From: Chrysemys picta bellii
Lineage: Eukaryota
Assembly (NCBI RefSeq): GCF_011386835.1
Contig: NC_088797.1
Coordinates: forward strand, 106,082,001 to 106,146,000
DNA length: 64,000 nt
Reading direction: 5' to 3'
Positions 13,057 to 25,753 of the stretch are shown in pieces. Below the pieces are notes generated by a model that made no database searches, was not told where the DNA came from, and saw nothing but the letters and a program-made list of their open reading frames with translations. The translations under genes were made by a program, and so were the position numbers. The stretch's first letter is position 1, and the number at the start of each line of letters is the position of its first letter.

Positions 13057-13384
13057 ATGGTTTAAAAAACCTGCAGTCTTCTGCTATCTCAGACCATGAT
13101 TGCATCAGACTCACATGCTAGGAACGATTGCTTCTGGTAACTGATTGGGTGAGACCCCTTCAAGGAAAACAAAAGGTACTACTATAATATTCTTCTTAGT
13201 CAACAACCAACTTTGCTCTAAGGCATGGGTTAGGTAAGCATTATGCTGTTGGGTGTTCTGCTTTTTGGCTAAAAGAAAGTCTGGACAACTTGGTCATTAG
13301 AAATCCCACACATAGAAGTAAAACATTTACTCTGGTGTCCTTACCAGATTCAAAATGGGTAGCATTTCATTACAGATAGTGTGT

Positions 13385-14040
13385 CATTACTGGTAAACTT
13401 TGCAGATGACACAAAGATTGGGGAAGTGGTAAACAATGAAGAGGACAGACCACCAATACAGATACTAATACGGTGCCATCTGGATCGCGTGGTAAGCGGG
13501 GCTGAAGCAAACAATATGCATTTTAACCTGTACCTCTAGAAACAAAGAATGTAGGTCATACTTACAAGATTGGGGACACTATCCTGGAGAGCTGGGAATC
13601 TTTAAAGGACTTGTGGTCATGATTTGTAATCAGCTGAACATGAGCTTCCAGTGCAATGCTGTAGCCAAAAGAGCTAAAATGATCCTTGGATGTATCAACA
13701 GGGGAATGTCAAGTAGGAGGAAAGAGGTTATACGACTTCCATATTTGGCACTGGAGTTACTACTATTGGAATACTGTGTCCCAATCTGGTGTCCACAATT
13801 CAAGAAAGATGAAGAGGCTTCAGAGAAGAGCCACACGAATGATAAAGATTGTAAAACATGTCTTATACTGAATAGATTCCAGGAGCTCAGTCTCTTTAGC
13901 TAAACAAAGAGAAAGTTGAGGGGCTATTTGAACACAGTCTATATAAGTACGTATATGGGGAACAAAATTTTGATAATGGGCTCTTCAATCTAGCAGATAA
14001 AGGTGTAACAAGATCCAGTGGCTGGAAGTTAACTAAATTT
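13385..14040 (+). mobile_element. CR1 LINE ORF2 (RT C-terminal) fragment, decayed
   Basis: AAACTTTGCAGATGACACAAAG encodes the KFADDTK motif. The ORF at 13613-13903 reads QCNAVAKRAKMILGCINRG...LALELLLLEYCVPIWCPQFKKD. Confidence 0.9.
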
Positions 14041-14099
14041 TATTAACGAAACTAAACTAGAAGTAACTAAACTTTATTCTTGTGACTGTTGACAGATTT

Positions 14100-16535
14100 G
14101 ACACTGTAGTCTAGCAAGCAGTATCTTGATTTTAAATCTCGGTAGGAGTTCTCCTACTGGAATGATGACAGGAGAACCACTCCGCTGAAGCTTGCATCTG
14201 ACCTAGAGGCCTGCCCCAATGCATAGGTAAGTACTGAATGGGTAAGCTGAACTCCACCTTGCTGCCCTACAAATCTCAGTCAAAGGGATACTGTTCAAAG
14301 AGTCTGTGGAGGTTGCCTGAGTTTGAGTTGAATGTGATCTAACGTCCAGATGAATCTTCTTCTCAAGAATATAGCAAGTATGTATGCAGTCCGAAACCCA
14401 CTTGGATAGTTTTTGTTAGGATATTGGCTGTCCTCTTATCCATCCTGCAAACACCATGAATAGTCTCAGAGAGGTTCTAACCATTCTGGTTCTATCCAGG
14501 TAAAAGGACAAATGCCCTACCCATTTCTAGGGTGTGAAGCTTCACTTTGACTGGTGAAGAATGAGGTTTAGAAAAGACAACCATGGGGTGAATTGATTAT
14601 TACTACCACCCAAAACAATCATAGGCAGGAACTTAGGGTGAGGTCTCAGGGTGACCTTGTCCTTGTGGAAGATAATAGAGAGGGGACCTGCCATGAGGAC
14701 CTGAATTTTTCCATTTGTCCTGGCCAATGTTATGGCAACTTGGAAGGCTGTCTTTACAGAAAGCTGCTGGATTGAGCAGGTAGCCATGGGTTTGAACTGA
14801 GGCCCAATTAATCCAGTACTATGCTGAGATCCCAAGCAGGAGTGTGTTCCGTAGTTGGTGGAAAGGCCTGGGTCAGTCCTTTAAGGAATTTCATCATGGT
14901 CCTGGCAGCGATGTGACAAGTCCAGTGCTGTCTGGAGTGCCATTCTAGAGGTTACCTGCCCTTTGGACATGGTGGATCTTAACTCCTTCTGATATTCATT
15001 GAGGGGGCTTGTCCATTAAAGAGGAGGGTTGATTCCATAGCAGAAAATGGTACTTTGCGAAGAGTGCCTGATAACTAGTAATCCCAGCCTGAAGACTCCC
15101 TAAGGTGTACTCTTTATGTCCAAAAAGGTTCAGTTTTTTAAGATCCTTTTCGGTGGGAATCGACCTAGTTTGTTGTTCAGACCTTTCCTGTGGAGCTTGG
15201 ATGATCAGAGACCTCAAGGTGGGGGGCTGGAAGGAGTACTCAAATCCTTTTCCCAGCGCCTTATATCTCCTATATGCATACATGGAAGTTGGCAGGGATC
15301 GATGCAGGAGCATACCATACAGTTTTAGCTGGTTCTAGCAGTACCTCATTGATTGGTAGGACCATTCTACCTGATTGAGAGAGCCGGAGAACACCCAGCA
15401 CATTACGCGGCTTTTCTTGTCTGATGCCAAGTGAAAAGTCTCGAGAGTCCATTAGCTGATGAGTCTTTCAACTCATCTGAAGGGGGTGTGGATGGAAGGT
15501 TGGTCATTTCATCAAAGCGGCAGTGGCTATTGGTGTTTAGGGGAGAAATCATGCCCACTGACTCTTTGTTCCTCCTCTACTACAGACTGTTGAGGGGTTA
15601 GTGTCAGGGCCAATTGCAGAAGCTGTTTGGGGGAGGAAAATCTTAATTTACAATTGAGCTGGGGAGATGCAGTACCTGATGGTGTCATCAGAGATTGGGA
15701 CCATGATGGCTAGGCTGCGGTACTGGCATTGGGGACTTCCTGGCTATCGGTACTGTGTGCTGAGGCAAAGTGGTTACCATTGGTCTTGGAACTGGCTTCA
15801 TCATCAATGGGTCAGCAACATGGAAGGCAATGTATGCACTCTGGCAAGACACTCTCAGTCTCAGTAATCTGCTAAAGTGGTACTAAGAGGCTCAGGAGAT
15901 CTTTTGCAGCTGCATAGGGTTCCAGGGTGGTTGGTACCAAAATAGACCTTTGCTCCATTATGATCAAGTGTGATGGCTCCAGTGTCTGCTCTAAGTAAGC
16001 TGCCAGCCTCAACTGTCCCAGCTCAGGAATCAGAGCCAACAGCTCTGTCCTGGTCAAGCCACTAGGGAGTGATATTGAGGAGCGGCAGCCAAAGGGTACG
16101 CTCTACCTTCAGTACTGGAGTAGTTACCCTCTGCAGCCAAAGAGTCCCCCACCAAGGACTTCAACAATGTGAAGCCATCCATTTCTTTGGTTTTGAAGGC
16201 TGAGAGGGCTCTGAGCATTCATGTCTCTTCAAGGAGAACTCTGACAAAGAGGAACACCTTTCTCTGATTTCTGGTAAGGACGGGGAGCACTCCTGGATTA
16301 AGACGAACTCCCTTTAACTGATCAAGGATGATGGGCAAAGGCATTCTTCTCTTACCTTCTTGATTCGTGAAGCTTTGGCGAAAGACAGAACGAAAAAGGG
16401 GGTTTGAGGACCCCAAAACAAGTGCCACTAACCAGCAAAAATCACTAGCTGCATGTTCACAGAGTAACAGCTGACAGCACACTCCGAACAATGACAGTAC
16501 AAAGGAACAGAAGGGACCCTGTGTGCCTGGGCACC
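14100..16535 (-). mobile_element. DIRS-type tyrosine-recombinase retrotransposon, internally deleted (ORF1 joined to YR, RT/RNaseH absent)
   Basis: YR motifs LSVKTAFQVAITLAR and IFHKDKVTLRPHPKFLP (14542-14835) and FLKGL...PAWDLSIVL. ORF1 motifs LPINEVLLEPAKTVW, KGFEYSFQPP and KDLKKLNLFGHK (about 15000-15450). Boundaries are approximate. Confidence 0.88.
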
Positions 16536-18226
16536 AAGGGAAAATAATTAATACTCAGGTATAATCATAATGGAGCAAAGGTCTTTTTTTTTCTTTTTTT
16601 TTTTAACAATTTAGGAAGTTTTAACCTGTTTACTAAACCTTGCCATGTAAATATCAGGAACAAAACAATCATTACAACTGTTCTCTTTTGTTTAAAGACA
16701 CATTATACAGGAAAATAGCCATCAGATCTTTCTATTTAACAGGTTGTTACCATGTTACAGAGTGAGCATCATTACAACATCTATGACATTTCTAGTGATT
16801 TTATTAAATTGAATGAAACCTCTATATCCACATGTTTAACAAACCATGTATGTCTATCAAATGTTAATATTCAAAAAAGTTAGATAGGTGGGGTTTTTTT
16901 ATGGTTTTTTTTTTGGCAGGTGAATGTACTTTTTCTGAGTAAGGAATAAAAGGTAACCAAATATCAAGCATCTGTCTGTTTTGCTGGATAGGTAATTAGT
17001 ATGTTAATTCCATATTTTTGAACCATTCCTCAATGGTTGGGCTATTTTTCTTTTTTCCATTGAGGGACTACCAATAGCCGAGAGGCTACTAGCAGATAAG
17101 AGATTAATTCTTGAGTTCTGCATGTAGTTTTGTATACAGAATTATACAAGTAAAATGATTTTGAAGTAGGTACATTACTAAATTTCTAGATACACATTTT
17201 CAAAAGTTCTCCTTAATTTTACCCAAATATTTGCAAGGTTCCTTCTTCATATATGCAATACTGTACTCATCTGTACACAAGAGTATTCGAATGTGCAAAC
17301 TGGGTAATTGTGTCTCTAACTAAGATTTTCCATGCATGGAAACAGATGTGCTTGCAAATACTTTGGGCACAATTAAAATATGTCCTTTGAGAGGTTGCCC
17401 CATACTGCCAGAACATAACAGTATTAAAACTACTGAAATAAATTAATGAACTAGCACACACTTTTTAATTTTTTTTTTTAATAGTGGTGTGGCACTGTGT
17501 ACTCAGATTCAATTTCTACTGATGACAGGAAGCAATTTCTGGCAGACAGATTTGCTACATGTTCCTGGATGTTTCAGTGACTCCTTTCCAATAATAGGTT
17601 GAAAACAAACAAACTAGACAGGGGAAGATATTTTCAAAATGTAATTTTCTATTTTTGGAAGCCCCACCCTACTTCAGAAGTTAAAGAGTTCAATTCATTT
17701 CAGAAACACACACAATGATGCATTTAATTAAAATGCTCACATTCCCATTAAATTTAGGTAAAGAAGTTTAACTTAGAGATGAACAAGTCTCTATACATCT
17801 CTCTCTGGATAATTGTCAATACAAACAAGCTTGTGGATACAACATTCTTTTAGACTGTACCTTCTTCAAATACTGTCTCTAAAAGTATGGGAGTGATAGC
17901 ACAGAAGACTCTAACATTGTGACAATACAGCTGGCTTTTCTGCTTTTTCAGGAAGTAATGTCCAGTATAGGAAAATACACATAAGCCGCACTTTGTAGGT
18001 ACCAGAAGATCAGGAAAGAATCACAATACATCACCTACCTGCAGGCCTCTGCACACTCCTGTCTCCAAAGTTATTCTAGTTCAGACACTGTCTTAATTTC
18101 ACCTCTATACTAAGTTGTTGCAGACCTTTATTCAGTTGTACCGTATTAAAGTTACTTGCCATAGTCCGAGACTAAAAACATCATGCTTGAAAATACTGCA
18201 AAATTTGCTGAACCAAGAACTGTATG

Positions 18227-18872
18227 CAGGGCCGGCTCTAGGATTTTTGCCGCCCAAAGCAAAAACAATTTTGGCCGCCCCCCCCTTATTTAATTACCCC
18301 ACCCCCAGCCCCGCCTCAACTCCGCCCCTTCCCCAAATCCCCAGCCCTGCCTCCTCCCCCCAGGCTCTCAAGCCTAGGAGGGAGGGGGAGAAGCGGCACC
18401 GCGCCGCGGCCACTCGGAGTCTCCCCCCCCTTCCAGGTTTGAGAGCCTGAGAGGGAGGGGGAGACTCCGAGTGGCCGCGGCGCGGGCGCCGCTTCTCCCC
18501 CTCCCTCCCAGGCGCCCAAGCCTGGGAAGGAGGGGGAGCAGCGGCGCGCGAAACGGCCGCTCGGGATTTCCCCCTCCCTCCCAGGTTTGAGAGCCTGGGA
18601 GGGAGGGGGAGACCCCGAGCCGCCGCGGCGCGTGAAACAGCTGATTTGCGCTCCACTGCTCCCCCTCCCTCCCAGGCTGGAGAGCCTGGGAGGGAGGGCG
18701 AGTAGCGGCGTGCGAATCAGCTGTTTCGCGCGCCGTGGCAGCAGCAGCGGAGGTGAGCTAGGGCGGCCGGGGCACATTTTTAGGGGTGGCATTCTGGCGC
18801 CGGCCATGCCGCCCCTAAAAATGTGCCGCCCCAAGCACCAGCTTGTTTTGCTGGTGCCTAGAGCCGGCCCTG
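18227..18872. mobile_element. GC-rich hAT MITE (646 bp) with an internal hairpin array
   Basis: Perfect 16-bp TIRs CAGGGCCGGCTCTAGG and CCTAGAGCCGGCCCTG. Perfect TSD ACTGTATG (18219-18226, 18873-18880). Near-identical to 62366-62939. Confidence 0.95.
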
Positions 18873-20422
18873 ACTGTATGTTAACCCCCCGCCCTCACCT
18901 TCCTAAAAAAGGAACTTATTTGCTACTATATTTTCAAATTGGTAGCACACAGACAAAAAAACCAAAACATCCACACAAATCCACAAAATTCACAAGGCAC
19001 TTGGCCCTGCCACTTGGGAAATTTGGGTTCAATTCCAGGACAAGTATTTCATTCTCAGCAGTGGCAGAATCCTGGGAAAGCATCACACTCATCATTGTCA
19101 AGTTTGGAGAAAAAAGCATATCAGTCTCTTAACAGTAACTGCTGCATGACTAGTAAGTGGGGCCAATAGGCTGTAAATAGAACTCTTTCCAGTGCTGTCT
19201 CAATTCTTCTTAAAATGATGGTGCACAAAGAAAAATAGAGGGGGGAAGAGATATTTTCAGGATTTCAGCAAGGATGGTGGGATAACATATGCCGTAAAGG
19301 CTCCCATAGTGATCTCTGCATATTATAAATCTGCAGTAAAATCCTCAGCTGGAGTTTATGAACAGGGGGCCCATTTAAAACTTGAACAAAAAATCCAGTA
19401 GGTTTAAGTCCACATTATCAACTAATTTGAAAAAGTTCTTTTATTCAAAACACAGTGTTTTTTGAGTTACAGCAGCACAAACATGTTTGACCATAGCCAC
19501 TAAACATAAATTCAAGGATGGCTAAATTCATTTTAATCCAATTTATTACCCATAATAAAATTCATTCTTGAGAGGAGTTGTCATATGCCAAGTTTCAAGT
19601 TACAGTGGATTTTTATGGCAAAAGTATAACCCCCATTTTATGGGTTAATAGGGTAAAAACTGACAACTTTATAGCCATGATAGCTAACAGTATGCACAAG
19701 ATATTTCTCCAAGCAACATGGAAACAAGATGCTTTTTTTAAAACTTGCATCAAAGTGCACAAAAATGTGTGGGAGATATTTACTAAAATGGCAAATGCAA
19801 AATATTCCACTGAATCCTGTTAAATAATAATTAAATAATAAAAAACAGAGAAGCAGTGACAAGGCAAAAAAACATGATTTGAAAGATTCGCAACTTGTCA
19901 CTTCATTATCAAGCTGATGGGAACAGTTTTTAAATCCCTGCCCTTTCAATTAGGATGTATGAAAATGCATTATCTACATGTTAACAACATCAAAACACTC
20001 TCACGGCAGATGCTCAACCCTGCACAGTAGCCATTTATTTCTGAAATATGTGATGTACAAACACATGTATCCTGACTGGAATAGTATTGGAAATTCAATT
20101 AACTAATAATAATAATAAAAATGTTGGTTTAATGTTCCTCCTCCACAATCTGTTCTAAAATTGTTGGTGTATGTTTTTTTAAAATGACACCCTCCCTTGA
20201 CTTGTGATGGACCTGAAGAGGCAATGCTTTACTGCTTCTGTTTCAATAACAGGTCTACTGCAATCTCTAGAGCCAATTTTTCAAATAATTATTTGCATCA
20301 CAGAAAAAAAAAATCTCTCTGCTGCATTGTGTGTGTGACTGTTTCTAAGCAACACTGTTGTTTCAGATCAAACATGAAATAGTCATCTCAGTAAAGGTTC
20401 AGCGCTTTTTCTCCGTACTTAC

Positions 20423-20517
20423 TTATTCTGCATCATGTTCATTATAACCCAGTCGAAAGGATAGACATTCTTCCCAATGAGATTCTTGAACATGATGAAT
20501 GTTTCCATCAGAAAGTC
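20423..20517 (-). CDS. DOCK1: DOCK1 internal coding exon (95 nt; probably human exon 29 equivalent), [31 protein letters not shown](K)
   Basis: Acceptor ...TTTCCCTCTTATTTTAG and donor AA/GTAAGTAC. The peptide matches DOCK1 ([13 protein letters not shown]) rather than DOCK2 ([13 protein letters not shown]) or DOCK5. It is in phase with the exon at 39645-39746. Confidence 0.96.
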
Positions 20518-23500
20518 CTAAAATAAGAGGGAAAACATTTGAAAAAGGCCACTCTTTCAGATCAAATATGATACCATATGGCTGATGAAAACTCACTTGA
20601 TTAATGACTAAATTCAGAAAGGTATCTCTTGCTTTGCTGAATGAAAAAATACAAACTATTGTTAAGGTAAACTTTATATTAATTCTATAATTATATTATT
20701 GATCCCTTTCAGACGATATCTGTAACAAGTATAGGTTTTTTTCTTTTTTTAAACTAAATAGTTCTATATTGTAATCAACCAATTAATGGTATAATTCCAT
20801 GAAAAAGAACAAATGACAAAAAATTCATCAAATTTAAATTTTTTGCTGAAGGTGATTCCAGCTCTCATTGATAAATATGTAGTTAAGGATAAGCATGAAG
20901 TCTTACAAAATGAACTTCATAGTACACAACAACATAACACACCAGTCAAAGAAGAATAGATATATAAAATTGAGATCTGTCAATCCTGTTTTGAATATAA
21001 ACGTTAAAACAAACTATTTGTATATGTAAAAAGAGGGAGGAAGAAGGTTTTAAAAATATTTCCTACGTTAAGCAAATAAGGGTCCAATTATACAAAAGTA
21101 TTCACTGGTGAGTAGGTGGATTCTCAGCATAGACTTGTTTTAAAAGTTATGCTCTGGTTTGAATTAGAATTAATTCAGGGAAGTCCTATGCCTGCGTTAT
21201 ATGGGAGATCAGAGTAGATGATCATTTTAGGCTCCCCCTAAAAAGAGACACAAATTGGTTCTGCAAGAGAAAAACTGATGCTGCACAAAATAAGCTTGGT
21301 GGCATAAGCCAGTTGATTTTTGTATAGACATGAACAAACAACTCTCTGGAGAAAGAAACTTGTGCAATTTACATGTGCTGTGAAGTACCTAACACAATTT
21401 GCGGTGCTGTAAAAATAATAAGGCGTATTAACATGCAACACTTTACAGAGCATCAAAACCACAGAAAATATGCAGAGAGCCAGAAAGAGCTTATGCAACA
21501 GCTCCTCATCCCACAGAATGTACCAGCTAGTCCCGCTGAACTTTTTATTCTTGATACAATTGTCTCCGTTATTCTAGTCCAAGGCTGTTTCCTGTGCAGG
21601 AGCTTACATGGAACCTTGTTCAACACCATCTCTTCAAAATGTCAGATTTCTCCAACACAGAAAAATGACACCCATCTGTCTTTTCATGCAAGACAGTGTT
21701 CTCCCATTCGTCTGTCCATCCAAAGTCTTAATGGAACTCCATGCTTGTTTGAGTTAATCTTTCTTGCTCATTGTCCTTTTAAACATTTTAACACTGGTAT
21801 GAGTCCTGGTATTGAATATACCCTGGGAATGTTATTGCTTTCCCTAGAATACTAGAAGAGGTGCATGTTCCCAGGATATACAGCTCTCCCTGGTCAATAT
21901 TATGGATACTGCCATTGACCAGCCAGGGAATTTCTCACCTCGAAGAACCAAGGAGTTCCTAAGCATGCTCAGCAGCTGTACAGTGAGATGGGAGTGAGAG
22001 AAAGGATGACTGGTTTAGAATGTCTCGTACAGCTTTCTGCAGCAACCAAAGGAGGAAATATTTCACATATTTTTATCTGATGAATCGAAATTAGGTGCAG
22101 TGGCTATACAGCCAAAGAGGCCCACAAAACATCAGATGGCACAGAATATGTATTTTAAAGTAACACCACTAGGTGAGTAAAACAGCTAATGGTAAAATTA
22201 CTCTCCATAGCACATCAGTAAAAGAAGACATTCTGACATTAAAAGAAGTGACTTCCCAGACTTCCAGAGTTTGCAACTGCTAATAGTTAATATGAGATGC
22301 TACTGTTGCATAAGGCAAAATTCATTCCAGGCAAATACTTCACTAGCTCAGTAAATGTGTTCTCAGTTTAGTGATCAAACTGCATACTTCACTACTAGCT
22401 TTTCATATATAAGTTACAAATTTTTAATGATCATATTGCATATTTTGCTGACTGGAATCATGCAGTATTTCTTTCATTAAACTACGTTTTTACTACATGA
22501 AATGGTTGATTTCCTTGTTGATCCTGCTTCATAGCTTAATAACTGAGACGTCAGTGGGAGTTGTACTCATGTGAATGAGGGCAAATTTGGGCCCATAGAG
22601 TTTATCTTTCTGAATATTTTATGAATGCAGATACATACTTTCCTGGTTTCTTATAACAGATTTCATTTTGTACTTTATTAGTTCTGCTGGATGCTTCAGC
22701 TGTGGAGTTTTTGCACACTTTGCTGATCAAGCTGCATGTGGTGGCAGATGAATTTTCATGCATTTTGCTGATCAACTTGCATACTTTACTGACCATGAAG
22801 GTGATGTAATATCTGATTTGTGCTAATTTGCTGATTCAGCCACGTATTTAATCTACTGACATTTACACTTTAATAACCCCATTTTCACAAAGGTACTTTA
22901 ATCATCAGCACGTAAAGTTTATTGAATAGAATTTATACCCTCTGAAGTTTACTTATTCATTATGTATTTATATCAGTGCTCTCTTGGCAGTTTAGATTCT
23001 ATCCTTCCTATATGAAAAGTAGTTGATTTTGTGCCAGCATGGCTTGCATTATGAGCAAAAAGCTGGATTTTATTTTTAATCATCAGCTCATGCTATGTTT
23101 CCTCGGCAACTTTTAAGGTAAGAAACTTTTAGTGCTACTTTGAACCAATACAAACTGCTCTAATTGTAAAGTAAGGATACAGAATCAAATTGTAGGAGCA
23201 AACCATGCAACTCTTCCTTCATTATAGCACAGCTTCTGCCTTCTGACCAACTGAGAAGCCTACTTGATATGTCACTGAGGACAAGTAAGGTCTGAAGCCC
23301 TCTTGGATGCTGCACCAGTGAGCTTCACACTGGTGACAGAGAAGGGGTAACCAGCTGAGCTCCGAGACAGATGGGTTCCATTTGCAATCTTTCTTGTTTT
23401 TAAACTAAGGGGAAGGGAGAGGACGACAGACAGTGTGTAGACAGACAAACAGGACTTACAAAGAGATCAGGGTGAGGAAAGGGAATGGAGAGCCATTTAT

Positions 23501-24413
23501 TTTAGTTCTCCGTCTTTTAAACACAGTGTTTAGCTGAGATTGGCGTGAAAAAAACAAAGAATGCAATTTTCCTTGTTTCAGCTGACTATCCAGCAAGCTC
23601 AATATACAAAGACCTCTAGAATGGTGGATTATAGGATTTCAGAGTGAGAGTTTCTGAACATAGAGAGAATAAAGGTGATAGGAAAGGGAAGAGAACCCTG
23701 ACATTGCCTGCCTACTGTGTGATGGCCTCTTTCCCTGCCTCACCTGACAGTTCATATCAGGCAAACTATGTTTTTTCATGAACACCGGAAATGGGGCTGA
23801 GGCTGCCCTGCTGTATTCTCCCTTCTTCCCAATAAGCCTGACCCTCTGCCTTGTAGTTGGGTGCAGAACGGAGAAAAGAATGCCCCTTTCCATCCTTCAG
23901 GCCTCCAGACGTCACACACCATGTTTCACAAGCTCTACTGTTCACAGAGTTGTGATTTTCCAGGAGTTCCAATAAATCCCAAGGCTTAGTAAGATCATTT
24001 GAAGCTCTCTACAGAGCACATAAGAAACATGGGAACTCCATATAAGGAGGATTTTAGGGGACAAGCAACTCCCTTGTAAAGCATCCCCTACGGTAAGTGG
24101 ATCCCCACCTACCAGTGACATGTATTGGCAGCCAGGCCTCCCCAGAGCACCACTATATAAAGCAGATGGCAGGTGGGCTCCACACCAGCCCATTTATGGG
24201 GAAAGGGGCACTTGAAGAGTAGGCAGATATGCTAGGGCTTTAGTAAGGAGTAAAATCTTCTAACTATTGTGGCTTTTCTGAAGTAGCAAGCAAAGTGGCG
24301 GTTAAAGAAAGCCAAAAAGCAATTGCTTTAAACTATAAAGCAGCCATGAAAGTAATCTCTCACACTCCCAGTAGTGCCAGTTCAAAATCTGACTTCAGAT
24401 GAAATACTTGGTA

Positions 24414-25753
24414 CAGTAGTTCTCAACCGGGGGTCTGCAGCCCCCTGGGGGTCCATGACTCCTTTCAGGGGGTCCACCTGGCCCCATGTCTGAAACCTGG
24501 TGCCCCAAGCCCCGGCGACCTCTGTGCGACTAAAGCTTGGAGCGGCGCGGGGTTGAAGCCAGCAGCCTCACCTGAAGCTGGCAGCCCCAGAGTCCCATCT
24601 TCCCGCCATGGGCAGAAGTCCTGAGCCCATGGGAAGAGAAGGGGGGGGAGGGGGGAGGAAGGGGGATCAAGGGTGTTGGCCCCCAAACTACAGTGCCTTA
24701 CCCAGAGTGGGGCCGCTCCGCCTCCCCTACTTCCTCCTCTCCCCAAGCCCTCCTCAGACCCAGGGTGTAGGTGGGAAGCCAGAGCCAGGCAGTGTGGGGC
24801 CGTTGCTCCTCTGGCTGCTGGTGCCATGGAGCGGGCAGCTGTGGCATTCGCCATCTGCTGCTGGTGCCCGGGGTTGTGGCTGCTCCTCAGCTCCCAGCCC
24901 TCTTTGACTGCTCACGCAGCTGGTAAGAGCCGCCTGGGAGGGGGGGCCCTGCTCTGGGGCCAGCACAGCTCTCGGGGAGCAGCCACTGCAGGGAGGCCCT
25001 TCTGTCACATCGCCCCTAACTATCCTTCTCCCTGCAATCTGAGCTATCCTCCACGCCCCCACACAGCCTCTAGCTACCCCCTGCCTGCACTCTGAGCTAC
25101 CCCCTCCCTGCCCACGCATTCCCTAGCTACCCCTTGCCTGCACCCAGAGCTATACCCCTCACTGCACACAGTTCCTAGCTACCCCCTGCCTGCACCCTGA
25201 GATGCTCCCCCCACTGCACACAGCCTCTAGATACCCCCTGCCGGCACCCTGATACCCCCTCCCCACCCACAGATTCCCTAGCTACCCCCTTCCTACACCC
25301 TGAGTTACTCCCCTCACTGCACACAGATCGTAGCCCCCCCTCCCCACCCACGGATTCCCTAGCTACCCCCTTCCTACACCCTGAGCTACTCCCCTCACTG
25401 CACACAGCCCCAGCTACCCCCTGCCTGCACCCCGAGCTACCCCCCCTGCCTGCACCCTGAGCAGCTTTCAAACTTTTTGAGCTGAGTCCCCGCTTTGAGT
25501 TATATTTTTGGTTGCGGCCTCCCACAACCCAGACAGGTTGGGTTGTCTGCTTGGGTGAGTCAGGGGGTGGAGGTGGCACTCCCTCCCTGAACCCCGCCAA
25601 CCCTTGCCCCCCCCCACCAATAGAAATCAAATTATGCCTATACCCAAGGGTCCCCCCCATCAGCCCAGAGCCACCCTCCCACCCCACTGGGCCCTGGAGT
25701 TTTTATACATATTGGGGAGGGGGGCTCAGCAAGAAAAAGGTTGAGAACCCCTA
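24414..25753. mobile_element. Composite hAT non-autonomous element (1.34 kb) with an internal minisatellite
   Basis: Ends CAGTAGTTCTCAACC and GGTTGAGAACCCCTA. TSD ACTTGGTA/ACTTTGTA (7 of 8). About 25-bp GCTACCCCCTGCCTGCACCC-type repeats at roughly 25020-25460. Confidence 0.8.

Noticed and set aside
17028-17079. Potential H-type pseudoknot (CCTCAATGG/CCATTGAGG plus GGCTATT/AATAGCC)
   Set aside because: A 9-bp plus 7-bp pairing of this kind is plausible by chance in 64 kb. There is no supporting conservation evidence.
18351-18745. CRISPR array (palindromic repeats with spacers)
   Set aside because: The context is a vertebrate intron inside a TSD-flanked MITE. The spacers are inverted copies of each other and no cas genes are present.
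1-20422. Next DOCK1 exon (VFLRAINQYADMLNKKFLDQ...)
   Set aside because: I did not find it on the minus strand. The intron appears to continue past the window start.
21373-22100. 160-aa ORF or decayed LINE coding remnant
   Set aside because: No recognisable motif in any frame I translated, so it cannot be assigned.
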